Shown: positions 51,350 through 62,281, counted from the stretch's first letter. The stretch: 64,000 nt of DNA from Tubulanus polymorphus (GCF_964204645.1 NC_134034.1:7824962-7888961), one strand, 5' to 3'. The notes: generated by a model not told the origin, from the letters alone. A program made the numbers and translations.

Positions 51350-51703
51350 TTATTTAGATTTAGTTCCAATGGTTTTATGATTTGACTTATTTTCTGGTAT
51401 GATAGGTTTATTGTCATTGGAATCATATTTATCATCAGATTTGAATTTTGATTTATAAATTACACCAGATAATATAATAACTGTTACTAATCCAATTGTA
51501 ATATATAAGTAATTATTACTTCCAGCATTAGAAGAATTAGATGGATTATTATTTGAATCAATATCAGATAAAGTCTGTGATTCATTTATATCAGTTAATT
51601 TCTTTTTCTTAGCTTTTTTTAATTCTGAAGATCTTTTACCTAATTCTCTTGCCCATTTAATTTGTTTCTCGGATCTAGCCTTTTTCTTAACTCCATCACT
51701 CAT
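51350..51703 (-). CDS. 117-aa basic single-TM protein
   Basis: Homolog of 28952-29311. Confidence 0.7.
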   Translation of the reverse strand: MSDGVKKKARSEKQIKWARELGKRSSELKKAKKKKLTDINESQTLSDIDSNNNPSNSSNAGSNNYLYITIGLVTVIILSGVIYKSKFKSDDKYDSNDNKPIIPENKSNHKTIGTKSK

Positions 51704-52298
51704 TTATTTTAGTTAATTTTTGTTCTGATTCATTTTCTGTTTCACTGTTTGGTTGTAGTACATCTGTTTCGTTCTTACCTGATTTATATTCCATAGGTTT
51801 GATGTTCGAAAATGTTATGACACCAGTAGAAATTAATGTCATAACCGATCCTAATTGAAATGAAGCGTAACCAACCCATTTTTGTAATTCAGTCATAACT
51901 AAGTAGTCATTTTTCAAATCACTATATAATTTATTTTCATCATCAATTGGTATTAACTGGTTACATAACTTAGAATAACATTTGACAATACCATCTGAAA
52001 TAGAATCATTTATTCTAGCTAATCTAGCTTCTTCATAAATCTTAAAATATTTTATTACTTTATCGGGTTTCATAGCATCTAATTCTTGAAAAGTAATTAT
52101 TTTCCCGATAAACTGATTACATTTCCCGCCAGCAATTAATAATTCTAGATGGTGTTTACAATATAAATAGTATTCATAATCAATATTACAATTAACTTGA
52201 GCACAATTAGTTACAACTGTATCTTTATTATCACTTATACCCAAATCATCTAATGTTTTTTCAATATCAATACTATTCTTACTCGATTTCTTTGACAT
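51696..52298 (-). CDS. 200-aa conserved Maverick protein
   Basis: Intact; homolog of 25311-25901. Confidence 0.75.
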   Translation of the reverse strand: MSKKSSKNSIDIEKTLDDLGISDNKDTVVTNCAQVNCNIDYEYYLYCKHHLELLIAGGKCNQFIGKIITFQELDAMKPDKVIKYFKIYEEARLARINDSISDGIVKCYSKLCNQLIPIDDENKLYSDLKNDYLVMTELQKWVGYASFQLGSVMTLISTGVITFSNIKPMEYKSGKNETDVLQPNSETENESEQKLTKINE

Positions 52299-52610
52299 TT
52301 ATATTAGAGAAATTTAATAAGAAAAAAAATATAAGTATTATAAAATGATACCAGTATCTCTTTAGATTAATACTAGCTTAGTTAAAGGTAAAGAATTTTA
52401 GTATTAGTTATTGTTTTTTTAGTATTTTTTATTTGTGATATAAAGTATTCTCTTTTGAAAAGAATTGTAAAAGAAAATATCAAAAATTAAAATAGAAATA
52501 ATGGCTAGTTGAAGTTATTGTTTTTTTATTATATTTTATTTGAATTCTATTTGATATCTCAATACTTTTGTTTATCTATTAGGAGCAGTAATTATAACTG
52601 TCCAGATAAG

Positions 52611-52826
52611 TCATTTCGGATCCTTGATATCAAATTCCTCAACATATTGTTCATTATTTGGATCATTGTTCCATTGATCAATAAATTTCTTTGCCTTTGT
52701 TAACTGTTCTAAATATAACTGTAAATCTAGTTTATTAGATTTTATTTTATTTTCTTTCTTTTCAAGAGGTCTCAAATTTTTCAAATTCCAAATAAGTTTT
52801 TTATTGTATTCATCATTCCATTCCAT
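52611..52826 (-). pseudogene. Extra HNH-gene C-terminal fragment
   Basis: KKLIWNLKNLRPLEKKEN..FIDQWNNDPNNEQYVE matches the copy B allele. Confidence 0.7.
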
Positions 52827-53038
52827 TTATAAATCAAATTTTTAATAAAATTGATTAATATTTTAGAATCCTCTTCCATTTCTTCGACTAACGTCATCCT
52901 TTTTCATTCCTCGCTGCTTTTGATAAGTCATTTCGGATCCTCGATAATAAATCCTCAACTGAAAATCAATTCAACGAAACGACTGGTGGAAATATTATTT
53001 CATAAACACATATATTTATTATACAAATTTTAGCGAGC

Positions 53039-53365
53039 GATAATAGAACAATGGAGAACAATAGAAATGCGGTCCAATCGGACCGGTTATTGCGCAATAC
53101 ACAGTTAACAGTAAATCAAACATAGAAATGTAACCAATCAATATTGAGCAGCTGTTTCCGTCAACAACGATCAATAATAGAACAATGAAGAACAATAGAA
53201 AAGCGTTTCAATCGGACCGGTTATTGCGCAATACTTAGTTAACAGTAAACAATCAATACAGAACAACCGCCGCCATTAACAACGATCAATAGTAGAACAA
53301 TGGAGAACAATAGAAAAGCGGTTCAATCGGACCGGTTATTGCGCTATACACAGTTAACAGTAATC
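53039..53365. repeat. Three ~115-135-bp tandem repeats rich in AACAAT and ATTGCGCAAT-type motifs
   Basis: TAGAACAATGGAGAACAATAGAAA..AATCGGACCGGTTATTGCGC..AGTTAACAGTAA x3. Confidence 0.85.
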
Positions 53366-53444
53366 AATACAATATTAAAACAGATATATACAATCGAGAT
53401 TACATTTTTGATATCTATATTACAAAGACCTTCAGTGTTATAAT

Positions 53445-53910
53445 TTATAATTTTGTCCAGAATTCTTTTATTACTGGATTGTTTCCAATCATTTCTTCAA
53501 TTTCTGGTAAATATCTGACTACTTCACTAAATGCTAATCCTAATATTTTGAATTTTTCATATTTTAGTAATCTACCTACTCTTCTCAGTTTTCTTTCAAA
53601 ACCGGCACTGATATCTCCACTCATTTTCTTAGTTTTCGATTCTTTGAGTCCCAACAGCAATTTAAGTCGCGTTGCTGGTAATTTTGGTAATTGTAGTTCG
53701 CGCGGTAATTGTTTATTATGCATTACATCACTCAGAATTTTCACCATTTCTTGATGATAATCCAAATGTTCTTGTAATTTTGTGAAGTTTGTTCGTCAAT
53801 TACGAGAGTTTTATCCTCCATTTCGATTGATTCCTGAGTTTCACTATCCAGCAGCATTAGTTCCTTTTCCGATGGTTGGCTTAGAATTTCTGGTCGATCT
53901 CTGTATTCCA
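53445..53910 (-). other. Cargo ORF of unknown function (106-aa ORF, probably extended upstream across a frameshift)
   Basis: Protein-like composition; no homolog in the other copies. Confidence 0.4.
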
Positions 53911-54665
53911 TTTTAATCTAAAAGATGTTGTGAAAATGAATTACTGTACTTAAATATGTTTAAAGGTTTCCCTACTTCATAATATATGTACTTACATTTA
54001 GATTTAGAACTGTAAACTGTGTTTTGAGAGAGAACATCCAATACGTACTATGTATGTGAAAGTTGATTTCTAACTGCCGACGTGGCGCACGTTCAACCAA
54101 ACTAATTACTTCTGCATGTTTGCCTGGATTGTAACAGATGTTCCTTTGTGATGTAATTGATTAATCCTTTTCAACTGAAATAGCACATTCGATCAATATT
54201 CAAATGAGGTGCGCCCCATTCAACTGAATATGAAATACGGCACAGATGTTTTTGTAAACAACCTAATACAATTACATATAGGCGGTTTGACATAGATCGA
54301 GAGTAACCGGTTTTCTAAGATCTACCATCAATGTTGTGTCCAAATTTCATCGAAATCGGATAAAAATTGATGATTTTCAAAAAATTTGAAATGTCTCTAA
54401 AATTTTTAATCTTGGCCATATCTCTACAAAAAAAGATCGCTAGCATCAGATTTTCATTCCCACTATGACTAGATTATTTAAAATTAGTTTAGAACTTGAT
54501 ATGAAAACTTTTATGAATTTGTCAAATTGTACTGTGTGTGACCTGCTTTTCTGTTGTGAGCCAACCTCGCTCACTCTAAACATTTTAAACAAGATACTGT
54601 AAAAGTGGGACGGCCAATCTCAAGTGTTTGCCACCCGGTTAACTAGCATCCATACTCCTCGGCCT

Positions 54666-55319
54666 TTAAGCTTCAACGTATTTTTCATTATGTGTTGAAT
54701 TCCATAATTCAACAAATGTCTTTGCTTTATCCAGTTGATCTAAATATAACTGTAAATCTAGTTTATTAGATTTAATTATATTTTCTTTCTTTTCTAAAGG
54801 CCTTAAATTTTTCCAGTTCCATATTAGCTTCTTATTATAATCATCACTCATGTCAAATTTAGAAATCGGCAACACGTGATCAATATGAAAGTATTCACCA
54901 TAATTATCTATATTCATTTTATCATCGAATTGATATATTATCCATGATTTAAGAAATTCATCTGAACAACCCAATAAATTAGATAGTGTTTCTGAATGTG
55001 TTTCTTTGTTGAATTATTGTGTTAATCTAGATCTTAAGCATTGTTTTAATCTAAAATTAAGATCTGTTTGATATATTTCTCTCATATATTCTGCCATATA
55101 ATAATTATAATGTTCTATATTATCTTCTCCATATTGTTTGGTATATAGTTTAGTACAAGTTTTACAGCAATATTGAAAACCATCTTTGCTAATCTTACGC
55201 TTATTAAATTCTGTTATAGCTAATTTATCTAATTCACATTTAGAACACTTCTTGTAGTATATGTTTATGACACCAGTGTTATTTGTAATATTTATAGTTT
55301 GTGGTTGTTCTGATTCCAT
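54666..55319 (-). pseudogene. HNH endonuclease-like protein, copy C
   Basis: CSKC..CKTC finger and FHIDHVLP..NLRPLEKKEN..KSNK. Confidence 0.75.
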
Positions 55320-55341
55320 TTATTATACATATTTTTTTACT

Positions 55342-55726
55342 AAATTGATTTTAGAAGTTCAATGATTTATATCATGTATTATTTCAATCACACTTTACTA
55401 ACACTTTTAATGTTTAAAAATCTAACTCACACAAATATGAATATTGAAATAATGTTGTAAATATATACTTTTATATTGAATAATCTGTCAATTTAAATGT
55501 TATTCATGTATATGATTATTTTAAGAGTAATAGGGGTAATGGGCTTTCAGGTGAAAGGTCGAACGGTCGAGTTCATTAAAAGCAAAACATTGAAAGTAAT
55601 TTAAAACTATAATATATTTTCATAACCGTGTGTATTTCAGTTGAATGATAGAATAATTATTATTATTAAAATATATTTGATTATATGAATTTGTGTATTG
55701 TAAATAAATCAATTGGTCGCGGAGCG
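55342..55726. repeat. Right TIR of copy C
   Basis: Reverse complement of the left TIR with a small internal deletion. Confidence 0.92.
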
Positions 55727-56330
55727 TCAAACTCGATAAACACTTCAAGCGACACAACGAACGATCCCCAAAATATTGATTTGTCGCGGGTGACAAAACC
55801 AAATTAATGAATTGTCGTGGGCAATAAAACCAAAATAATGAATTGTCGCGGGCGACAAAATCAAAATTATTGTTTTGGCGCGTTATTTTAGTTTTGTCGT
55901 TTTGTCATAATGTCGCCCTCATTTGCATATTCGTGTTTTTTTACGCATGGTCCTCATCAGCCACCACACTAAAGCCTTAAGGTCGCATAAAACTCGATAA
56001 ACACTTAGAGCGACACAGCGAATGTTCTCCTTTCCCCCACAGCGAACGCTTAACCTAGTAGAGGCTACTAGCCTATGTAGGCCTATGTATATGCGTAGGC
56101 CTAACATCCGGACAGATTGGTCGTAGGCCTATTGAATAACAACCCACCTAAATATCGTAAATTTTGTTTTGAAGTTCAATCCAATGAGTCCGTTAATAAA
56201 CGCAACAATTATACTCTGTTTGCTTGAGACAGTAAAGCTCAATACCGGTAGGCCTAAAGCCGCGTCAAACTCGATAAACACTTCAAGCGACACAACGAAC
56301 GATCCCCTTTCCCCCACAGCGAACGCTTAC
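55727..56330. repeat. Local repeats: AACTCGATAAACACTT..GCGACAC x3 (~55729, ~55991, ~56268) and ~31-bp tandem x3 (55780-55870)
   Basis: Directly visible. Confidence 0.7.
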
Positions 56331-56473
56331 TCCGAATGTCAAGTGTGAGTCCAGCATACGGAAAGGATTGTGTTATATACTTGTATTTAGTAAATACCTT
56401 GTGCATTTGACAATGATAGGTATGTACTGTAGGAAATATAGAGTATTGATGGTATTGATATGTTGAAGCCCGC

Positions 56474-57195
56474 GGGTCTGACTATTTCAGATGGCTGGGA
56501 GTCACCTTCATTTCGGTCAACGAATTATACATTTAGACTTCACCTACTATGTAACGTAGCCCAATACACTGGGTTCGAATCCCGTAAATCGTTCCACGAA
56601 CTCGGTCCTTCAGCGCAATTCGTTCAAACAAAATTCCCATTTTTTGTCTGAATGAAATTCAAATTAATGACCAATAGAAACTTATTTCCAATCAGGAGAT
56701 CGGCTATCCAAAAGGAAATTCCTTAAAAAGTCCTCCCAAATTACATTTAACTTGAAGAAAAATATAAACTAAAACCATGAACATATATGTACCATACAAA
56801 CTTTTTTATTTCACAAATTTCTTAATTTGAATAAACACCACCTTGTTCTGATATAAATCAACTTCCACAATTTTAAAATTTGAATATACATGTACATAGT
56901 TCTGATTGACTTAAAAAAATTTGATTACAACACGGCCTTACAGCATTTTAATAGTGCATACGGTGCAGATGATGTTAGGTGACAATGAGTACAATATGGT
57001 GAATATTACAAGTCATTGATATACAAATATGGTGATTGTCAAACATTTCTCTACAACGATCGGTTTAATAAGATATAAAAAATTATTATGTGTAAAAAGT
57101 TAAAAAGCAAACCAAAATGGGCAAATTAGCTCACCTGTCGCCGAAGTGTGCAGAAAATAAATGTTATCAAATTACCTACCTCCAATTATTGTATA

Positions 57196-57265
<70 letters not shown>

Positions 57266-58236
57266 AATGAGTCCTCACACTTACAATGGACAAAAATTTT
57301 CCACAACTTTAAATGTTCCTATATTCAAATAATTAGCATATTTTTTATGTGGACTAATCGACACCACATTTGTGCTGTGTAATGATCCCAATAACCTTTA
57401 TCAAAAATACATCATATACATGTTATATGGAGTATTAGACAAAAACATTAAGTCAAAAAGCAGTAAGTGAAAGAGAAAAAAGCATGTTGCACCCCCACCA
57501 AAAATATGTTTTCGTATTAAGTCCATTCAAGTCAAGCATTTATAAAATTAAAATTACAACCAGAAAATTATAGTTTAAGTAGGCTAGGCCAAGCAAAACT
57601 GGCAGCTTGTCAAAGCGGCATCATGGGGGGGGGGGGGCGATGAAGCATCTGTCCCCATAATTTTGGTTACGAACAAATCTTTGTAATGATCACCATTATA
57701 TTGCGATTTCGCTGAAATGAAATGAAGTGGTTTGCCCCAATAATATCTGTAATTCCGGTGACGCGCGCCTGCATGTATTAGCCTATAGGCATACGATCAT
57801 ATCGAAAAAACAGTACAGGAAGGCTTATTCGTACTGGTGTATATATGCTGTTTGCGAGGCCATATGTCAACACGACACAACACTCATCAGCTTATAAGAT
57901 ATTATACTGTACTATAGGCCTAGATAGATAGAACAGAAAACAATTAACAAGACTAGAGTCAGAGAGACATTAAAATTACGGTAAAAGATAAACATACCAC
58001 CACTATATTCAGAGAACTTTTCCTTTACCAGACGCACCACTTAGTTCTTGACTTCAATTCGTGTTCATTGATGAGTGCTGACACCACCATAAAATCATGA
58101 CAATCATGACAAGAACAAGACGGATCGGAAGATGAAGTTGAATCGTCCGCCATTTTAGGTACGTAGGCAAAGTCTAAATGTATAATTTGCAGACCGAAAT
58201 GAAGGTGACTCCCAGCCATCTGAAATAGTCAGACCC
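56474..58236. mobile_element. Non-autonomous Mutator (MULE)-like DNA transposon
   Basis: 45-bp perfect TIR starting GGGTCTGAC (imperfect to ~75 bp); 9-bp TSD GAAGCCCGC at 56465-56473 and 58237-58245; no transposase. Confidence 0.85.
57198..57262. repeat. (TA)n microsatellite
   Basis: Directly visible. Confidence 0.98.
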
Positions 58237-59085
58237 GAAGCCCGCGGCCGAATAAAGTAATATATTCTTTTATTTTGATACCTCGTCGACATAACAGCTT
58301 TTCTCCGCTATATCTCTTCGGCGTGTTTCGTTTAGGCCTACGACTCCCCGGTACACTTAAGTTTATCTTAGTAAATAAACGGTTAATTTGATAAAGAAAA
58401 ATATGTATTGCTAAACTAACTGCTTGGCGCCCGCAGCCAAATCACTGGTAGTAATAAATTAATTTGTACTCGATTTGATTCTCATGATGAGGTGAAACTC
58501 GCAGCTGATCCCCAGAACGACGATGTAGTGACACACGTCGATTCGTCGATGTTTACGGCTCGACAGTGCTTTTAAAATGTAAAGTAATTAATTTCCTGTA
58601 TATCGGTGTCACAGAGCCGACGGCGTCCCCTGTATGATGAGCTGACGTTGACCGCGTAACACCGAACGTCAGGCTCAGGCTCTACAAGACGCCAACACTC
58701 CTCGGGTGACAGGTCACGTATCTCCTCCAAGCGGTCCTGGGTTCTTCGCTCCTGCTACCTACTAGTAATAGGGGTAATAGGCTTTCATACCAAAGGTCGA
58801 AAGGTCGAGCCCGAGAAATTTTCCAAAATGTTAAAATAACAACAATTTCTACTTGAATTAGTCGCAAAACTCATAAAAATGAAAAATAAATTCTCACACA
58901 CTCGAATTTATTTTCCATTTTCTACTCACTAGAAGAAAGTGTGAGTAAAGTGTGAATGAAATGGTTTATATTTTAAACATATTTCAATATTTATATTTGT
59001 ATGAGTTAGATTTTTAAACATTAAAAGTGTGAGTAAAGTGTGAGTGAAATAATTCATATTTAAAACAGTGAATATTTATATTTGA

Positions 59086-59736
59086 ATGAGTTTTAATAAA
59101 AATTTTGTTATAAAAATGAAGAAAGAAGAAGAAGAACCCAACTTTAAAATCGAAATCAATGAAACCAATAAATCATTTTCACAGTTTTACATTAAAAATT
59201 ATATTTCAGCAACAAATTTAGTGTCCGCAAGGTATTATAAAATCGATAATATTACTATGATTAATCAATTATCATCAAATGAAACATATTTAATTACTGA
59301 ACTAGTAGATACTTTTGATAATGGCGTTAAAAATCCTAAAATATTCAATACAGTTTTAAATTTTAAAGGAACTTTAGATGAAAACATAATTAATATTCTT
59401 AAAACTCCTTTCAATGAAAGGAATGATGATATAATACTTTCAAAAGATTACAATGATTTGATTAACTTAAGAATTGAAAAAAGACAATTATATTATTTCA
59501 ATTTTGATAATAAACAAATTATCTATAATGAAAATTCATCAAATATTGGAATTCAATGTGAATTAGATAATGAAAAATCATTTAAAGATATTGCAGTTCA
59601 ATGTAATTTAGATGATGAATTTAGAAAATTCAATCCTAATGAAAAAGTGCATTGTTATTGCGGAGGTAAATATTTAAAATCACATAAATCAAAGCATTAT
59701 GAAACAATTAAACATAAAAACTGGTGTAAAGAGTAA
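59086..59736 (+). CDS. 216-aa protein with C-terminal CxC..H..H zinc finger (real start may be 59116)
   Basis: Intact in both arms; VHCYCGGKY..HKSKHYETIKH; diverged homolog at 1399-1608. Confidence 0.75.
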   Translation: MSFNKNFVIKMKKEEEEPNFKIEINETNKSFSQFYIKNYISATNLVSARYYKIDNITMINQLSSNETYLITELVDTFDNGVKNPKIFNTVLNFKGTLDENIINILKTPFNERNDDIILSKDYNDLINLRIEKRQLYYFNFDNKQIIYNENSSNIGIQCELDNEKSFKDIAVQCNLDDEFRKFNPNEKVHCYCGGKYLKSHKSKHYETIKHKNWCKE

Positions 59737-59786
59737 CAATTCTACATTATAATTATTGAATTGAGTTAAATGATTTAAATATCTAA

Positions 59787-60262
59787 TAGACTGTTGAAAT
59801 GATAAATTGTTTAACAGTTGAAATGTTAAATTGTTTGACAGTTGAAATGTTAAATTGTTTGACAGTTGAAATGATAAATTGTTTAACAGTTGAAATGATA
59901 AATTGTTTAACAGTTGAAATGATAAATTGTTTGACAGTTGAAATAATAAATTGTTTGACAGTTGAAATGATAAATTGTTCGACAGTTGAAATGATAAATT
60001 GTTTAACAGTTGAAATGATAAATTGTTTAACAGTTGAAATGATAAATTGTTTGACAGTTGAAATAATAAATTGTTTGACAGTTGAAATGATAAATTGTTC
60101 GACTGTTGAAATGATAAGACAGTTGAAATGATAAATTGTTCAACAGTTGAAATGATAAATTGTTTAACAGTTGAAATGATAAATTGTTTAACAGTTGAAA
60201 TGTTAAATTGTTTAACAGTTGAAATGTTAAATTGTTTAACAGTTGAAATGATAAGACAGCTG
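59787..60262. repeat. 24-bp tandem array (ACAGTTGAAATGATAAATTGTTT[A/G])
   Basis: Directly visible; mirrored at 62282-62757. Confidence 0.95.
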
Positions 60263-60280
60263 AAATTTTCTCCTAAATAA

Positions 60281-60499
60281 ATGGATGGTTTCATCCCAAC
60301 TGGGAAAAGTGATTTGAAACATTATCTTGTAGCAGGAGGATTAATATTGGCGGCATTATACTTTTACTATGAAAATATTTCAAAAGATTTGATGAATGAA
60401 AATAATAAATTGAGTAAAAAATTAAAGAAGTTAAATGGAAACAATCACAGAAATAGAAAGAATAAAAAAGTTAATTTAGAAAATGATTTAGAGGATTAA
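60281..60499 (+). CDS. 72-aa single-TM protein with basic tail
   Basis: Intact; TAAATG start; homolog at 1248. Confidence 0.7.
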   Translation: MDGFIPTGKSDLKHYLVAGGLILAALYFYYENISKDLMNENNKLSKKLKKLNGNNHRNRKNKKVNLENDLED

Positions 60500-60525
60500 A
60501 ACAGCATCTTTTAATTTCATATATT

Positions 60526-60840
60526 TTGACTATAAAAATGAGTGAAAATATATTAAACTTATTACATCTAATATATAAAAATCAACAGAATATTAAATCG
60601 ATTATTATGCTTACAGGTTTATTTTCATTCTCAGTTTATACTATAAAACAGTTGTTAGAATTCTATGATTGCTGTAAAATTAGATACACTGAATTAATAG
60701 AAAATATGAATTATATTTCAGATAGATTGAATAATATTAAATGCTGTGAAATATGCAATAAAAGATATAAAAATAAAAAGAGTTTGAGAAATCACATGTA
60801 TAGTCATGAATTAGATGAGAAATTATATGAATCAAAATAA
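60526..60840 (+). CDS. ~100-aa protein with hydrophobic segment and C2H2 zinc finger (ATG at 60538)
   Basis: CEICNKRYKNKKSLRNHMYSH is a canonical C2H2 finger. Confidence 0.72.
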   Translation: MTIKMSENILNLLHLIYKNQQNIKSIIMLTGLFSFSVYTIKQLLEFYDCCKIRYTELIENMNYISDRLNNIKCCEICNKRYKNKKSLRNHMYSHELDEKLYESK

Positions 60841-60902
60841 GAAATCGACTGTTAAATTAGCTGAAAATATAAAATATATTAGTTGAAATGTATTGTATAC
60901 TA

Positions 60903-60963
60903 ATGGATGAGTGGATGAGTTGGATGAGTTGGATGAATTGGAAGAGTGGAAGAGTGGATGAGT
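60903..60963. repeat. 8-9-bp TGGATGA(G/A)T repeats (also 61335-61443 and the mirror at 61581-61641)
   Basis: Directly visible. Confidence 0.85.
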
Positions 60964-61703
60964 GTAACAGAAGTAATTTATGTTTTAATTCATTCAAGTA
61001 TGATATTGTAAATTCTTTACACTTAACTAGGATAATACAAGAGTGATATTAGTTAGTTGGCTTATTCAATAAGAGAAACAATGGAATAATACATGAGTGA
61101 TACTAACAGTTAAAGTTATTGAATTTCTTGTTAAATCTATTTGAATTCTAGTCAATTCTTGTTAACCAATAGGGCGAATAGAAATCAAATAGATTTGAAT
61201 AAAAAAACAATAAGTTACATCAGTTAGAACCTTTATTATTTTTTAATTACTTCTGAGACTACAATTTCCATATGAATATAAATTTATAAAATAAAATCCT
61301 AATTCAAAATATTATAGAATTCACTGTATACTAATGGATGAGTGGATGAATTGGATGAATTGGATAGAATTCACTGTATACTAATGGATGAGTGGATGAA
61401 TTGGATGAATTGGATGAATTGGATGAGTGGATGAATGGATGAGTGTAATAATATATATTCCATTGTTTCTCTTATTGAATAAGCCAACTAACTAATATCA
61501 CTCTTGTATTATCCTAGTTAAGTGTAAAGAATTTACAATATCATACTTGAATGAATTAAAACATAAATTACTTCTGTTACACTCATCCACTCTTCCACTC
61601 TTCCAATTCATCCAACTCATCCAACTCATCCACTCATCCATTAGTATACAATACATTTCAACTAATATATTTTATATTTCCAGCTAATTTAACAGTCGAT
61701 TTC

Positions 61704-62018
61704 TTATTTTGATTCATATAATTTCTCATCTAATTCATGACTATACATGTGATTTCTCAAACTCTTTTTATTTTTATATCTTTTATTGCATATTTCACAG
61801 CATTTAATATTATTCAATCTATCTGAAATATAATTCATATTTTCTATTAATTCAGTGTATCTAATTTTACAGCAATCATAGAATTCTAACAACTGTTTTA
61901 TAGTATAAACTGAGAATGAAAATAAACCTGTAAGCATAATAATCGATTTAATATTCTGTTGATTTTTATATATTAGATGTAATAAGTTTAATATATTTTC
62001 ACTCATTTTTATAGTCAA
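61704..62018 (-). CDS. Mirror copy of the C2H2 protein
   Basis: Identical translation to 60526-60840. Confidence 0.72.
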   Translation of the reverse strand: MTIKMSENILNLLHLIYKNQQNIKSIIMLTGLFSFSVYTIKQLLEFYDCCKIRYTELIENMNYISDRLNNIKCCEICNKRYKNKKSLRNHMYSHELDEKLYESK

Positions 62019-62044
62019 AATATATGAAATTAAAAGATGCTGTT

Positions 62045-62263
62045 TTAATCCTCTAAATCATTTTCTAAATTAACTTTTTTATTCTTTCTATTTCTGTGAT
62101 TGTTTCCATTTAACTTCTTTAATTTTTTACTCAATTTATTATTTTCATTCATCAAATCTTTTGAAATATTTTCATAGTAAAAGTATAATGCCGCCAATAT
62201 TAATCCTCCTGCTACAAGATAATGTTTCAAATCACTTTTCCCAGTTGGGATGAAACCATCCAT
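62045..62263 (-). CDS. Mirror copy of the 72-aa TM protein
   Basis: Identical translation to 60281-60499. Confidence 0.7.
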   Translation of the reverse strand: MDGFIPTGKSDLKHYLVAGGLILAALYFYYENISKDLMNENNKLSKKLKKLNGNNHRNRKNKKVNLENDLED

Positions 62264-62281
62264 TTATTTAGGAGAAAATTT

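Larger units (their letters stand above)
37514..55726 (+). mobile_element. Maverick/Polinton copy C, near full length (~18.2 kb)
   Basis: TIRs 37514-37924 and 55342-55726; complete family gene set, many genes disrupted; no TSD seen. Confidence 0.95.

Noticed and set aside
57117-57332. 71-aa ORF with IYIYIY run
   Set aside because: Translation of a (TA)n microsatellite
56060-58340. Frequent TAGGCCTA motifs as a clue to host taxon
   Set aside because: Too weak to assign a taxon from sequence alone
59689-60294. 201-aa and 110-aa repeat ORFs (LSFQLSNN / MINCLTVE) and their mirrors at 62250-62855 and 62413-62745
   Set aside because: They arise from a stop-free 24-bp tandem unit; the related array at 1-1125 has irregular units and no such ORF in the track, so they are unlikely to be real proteins
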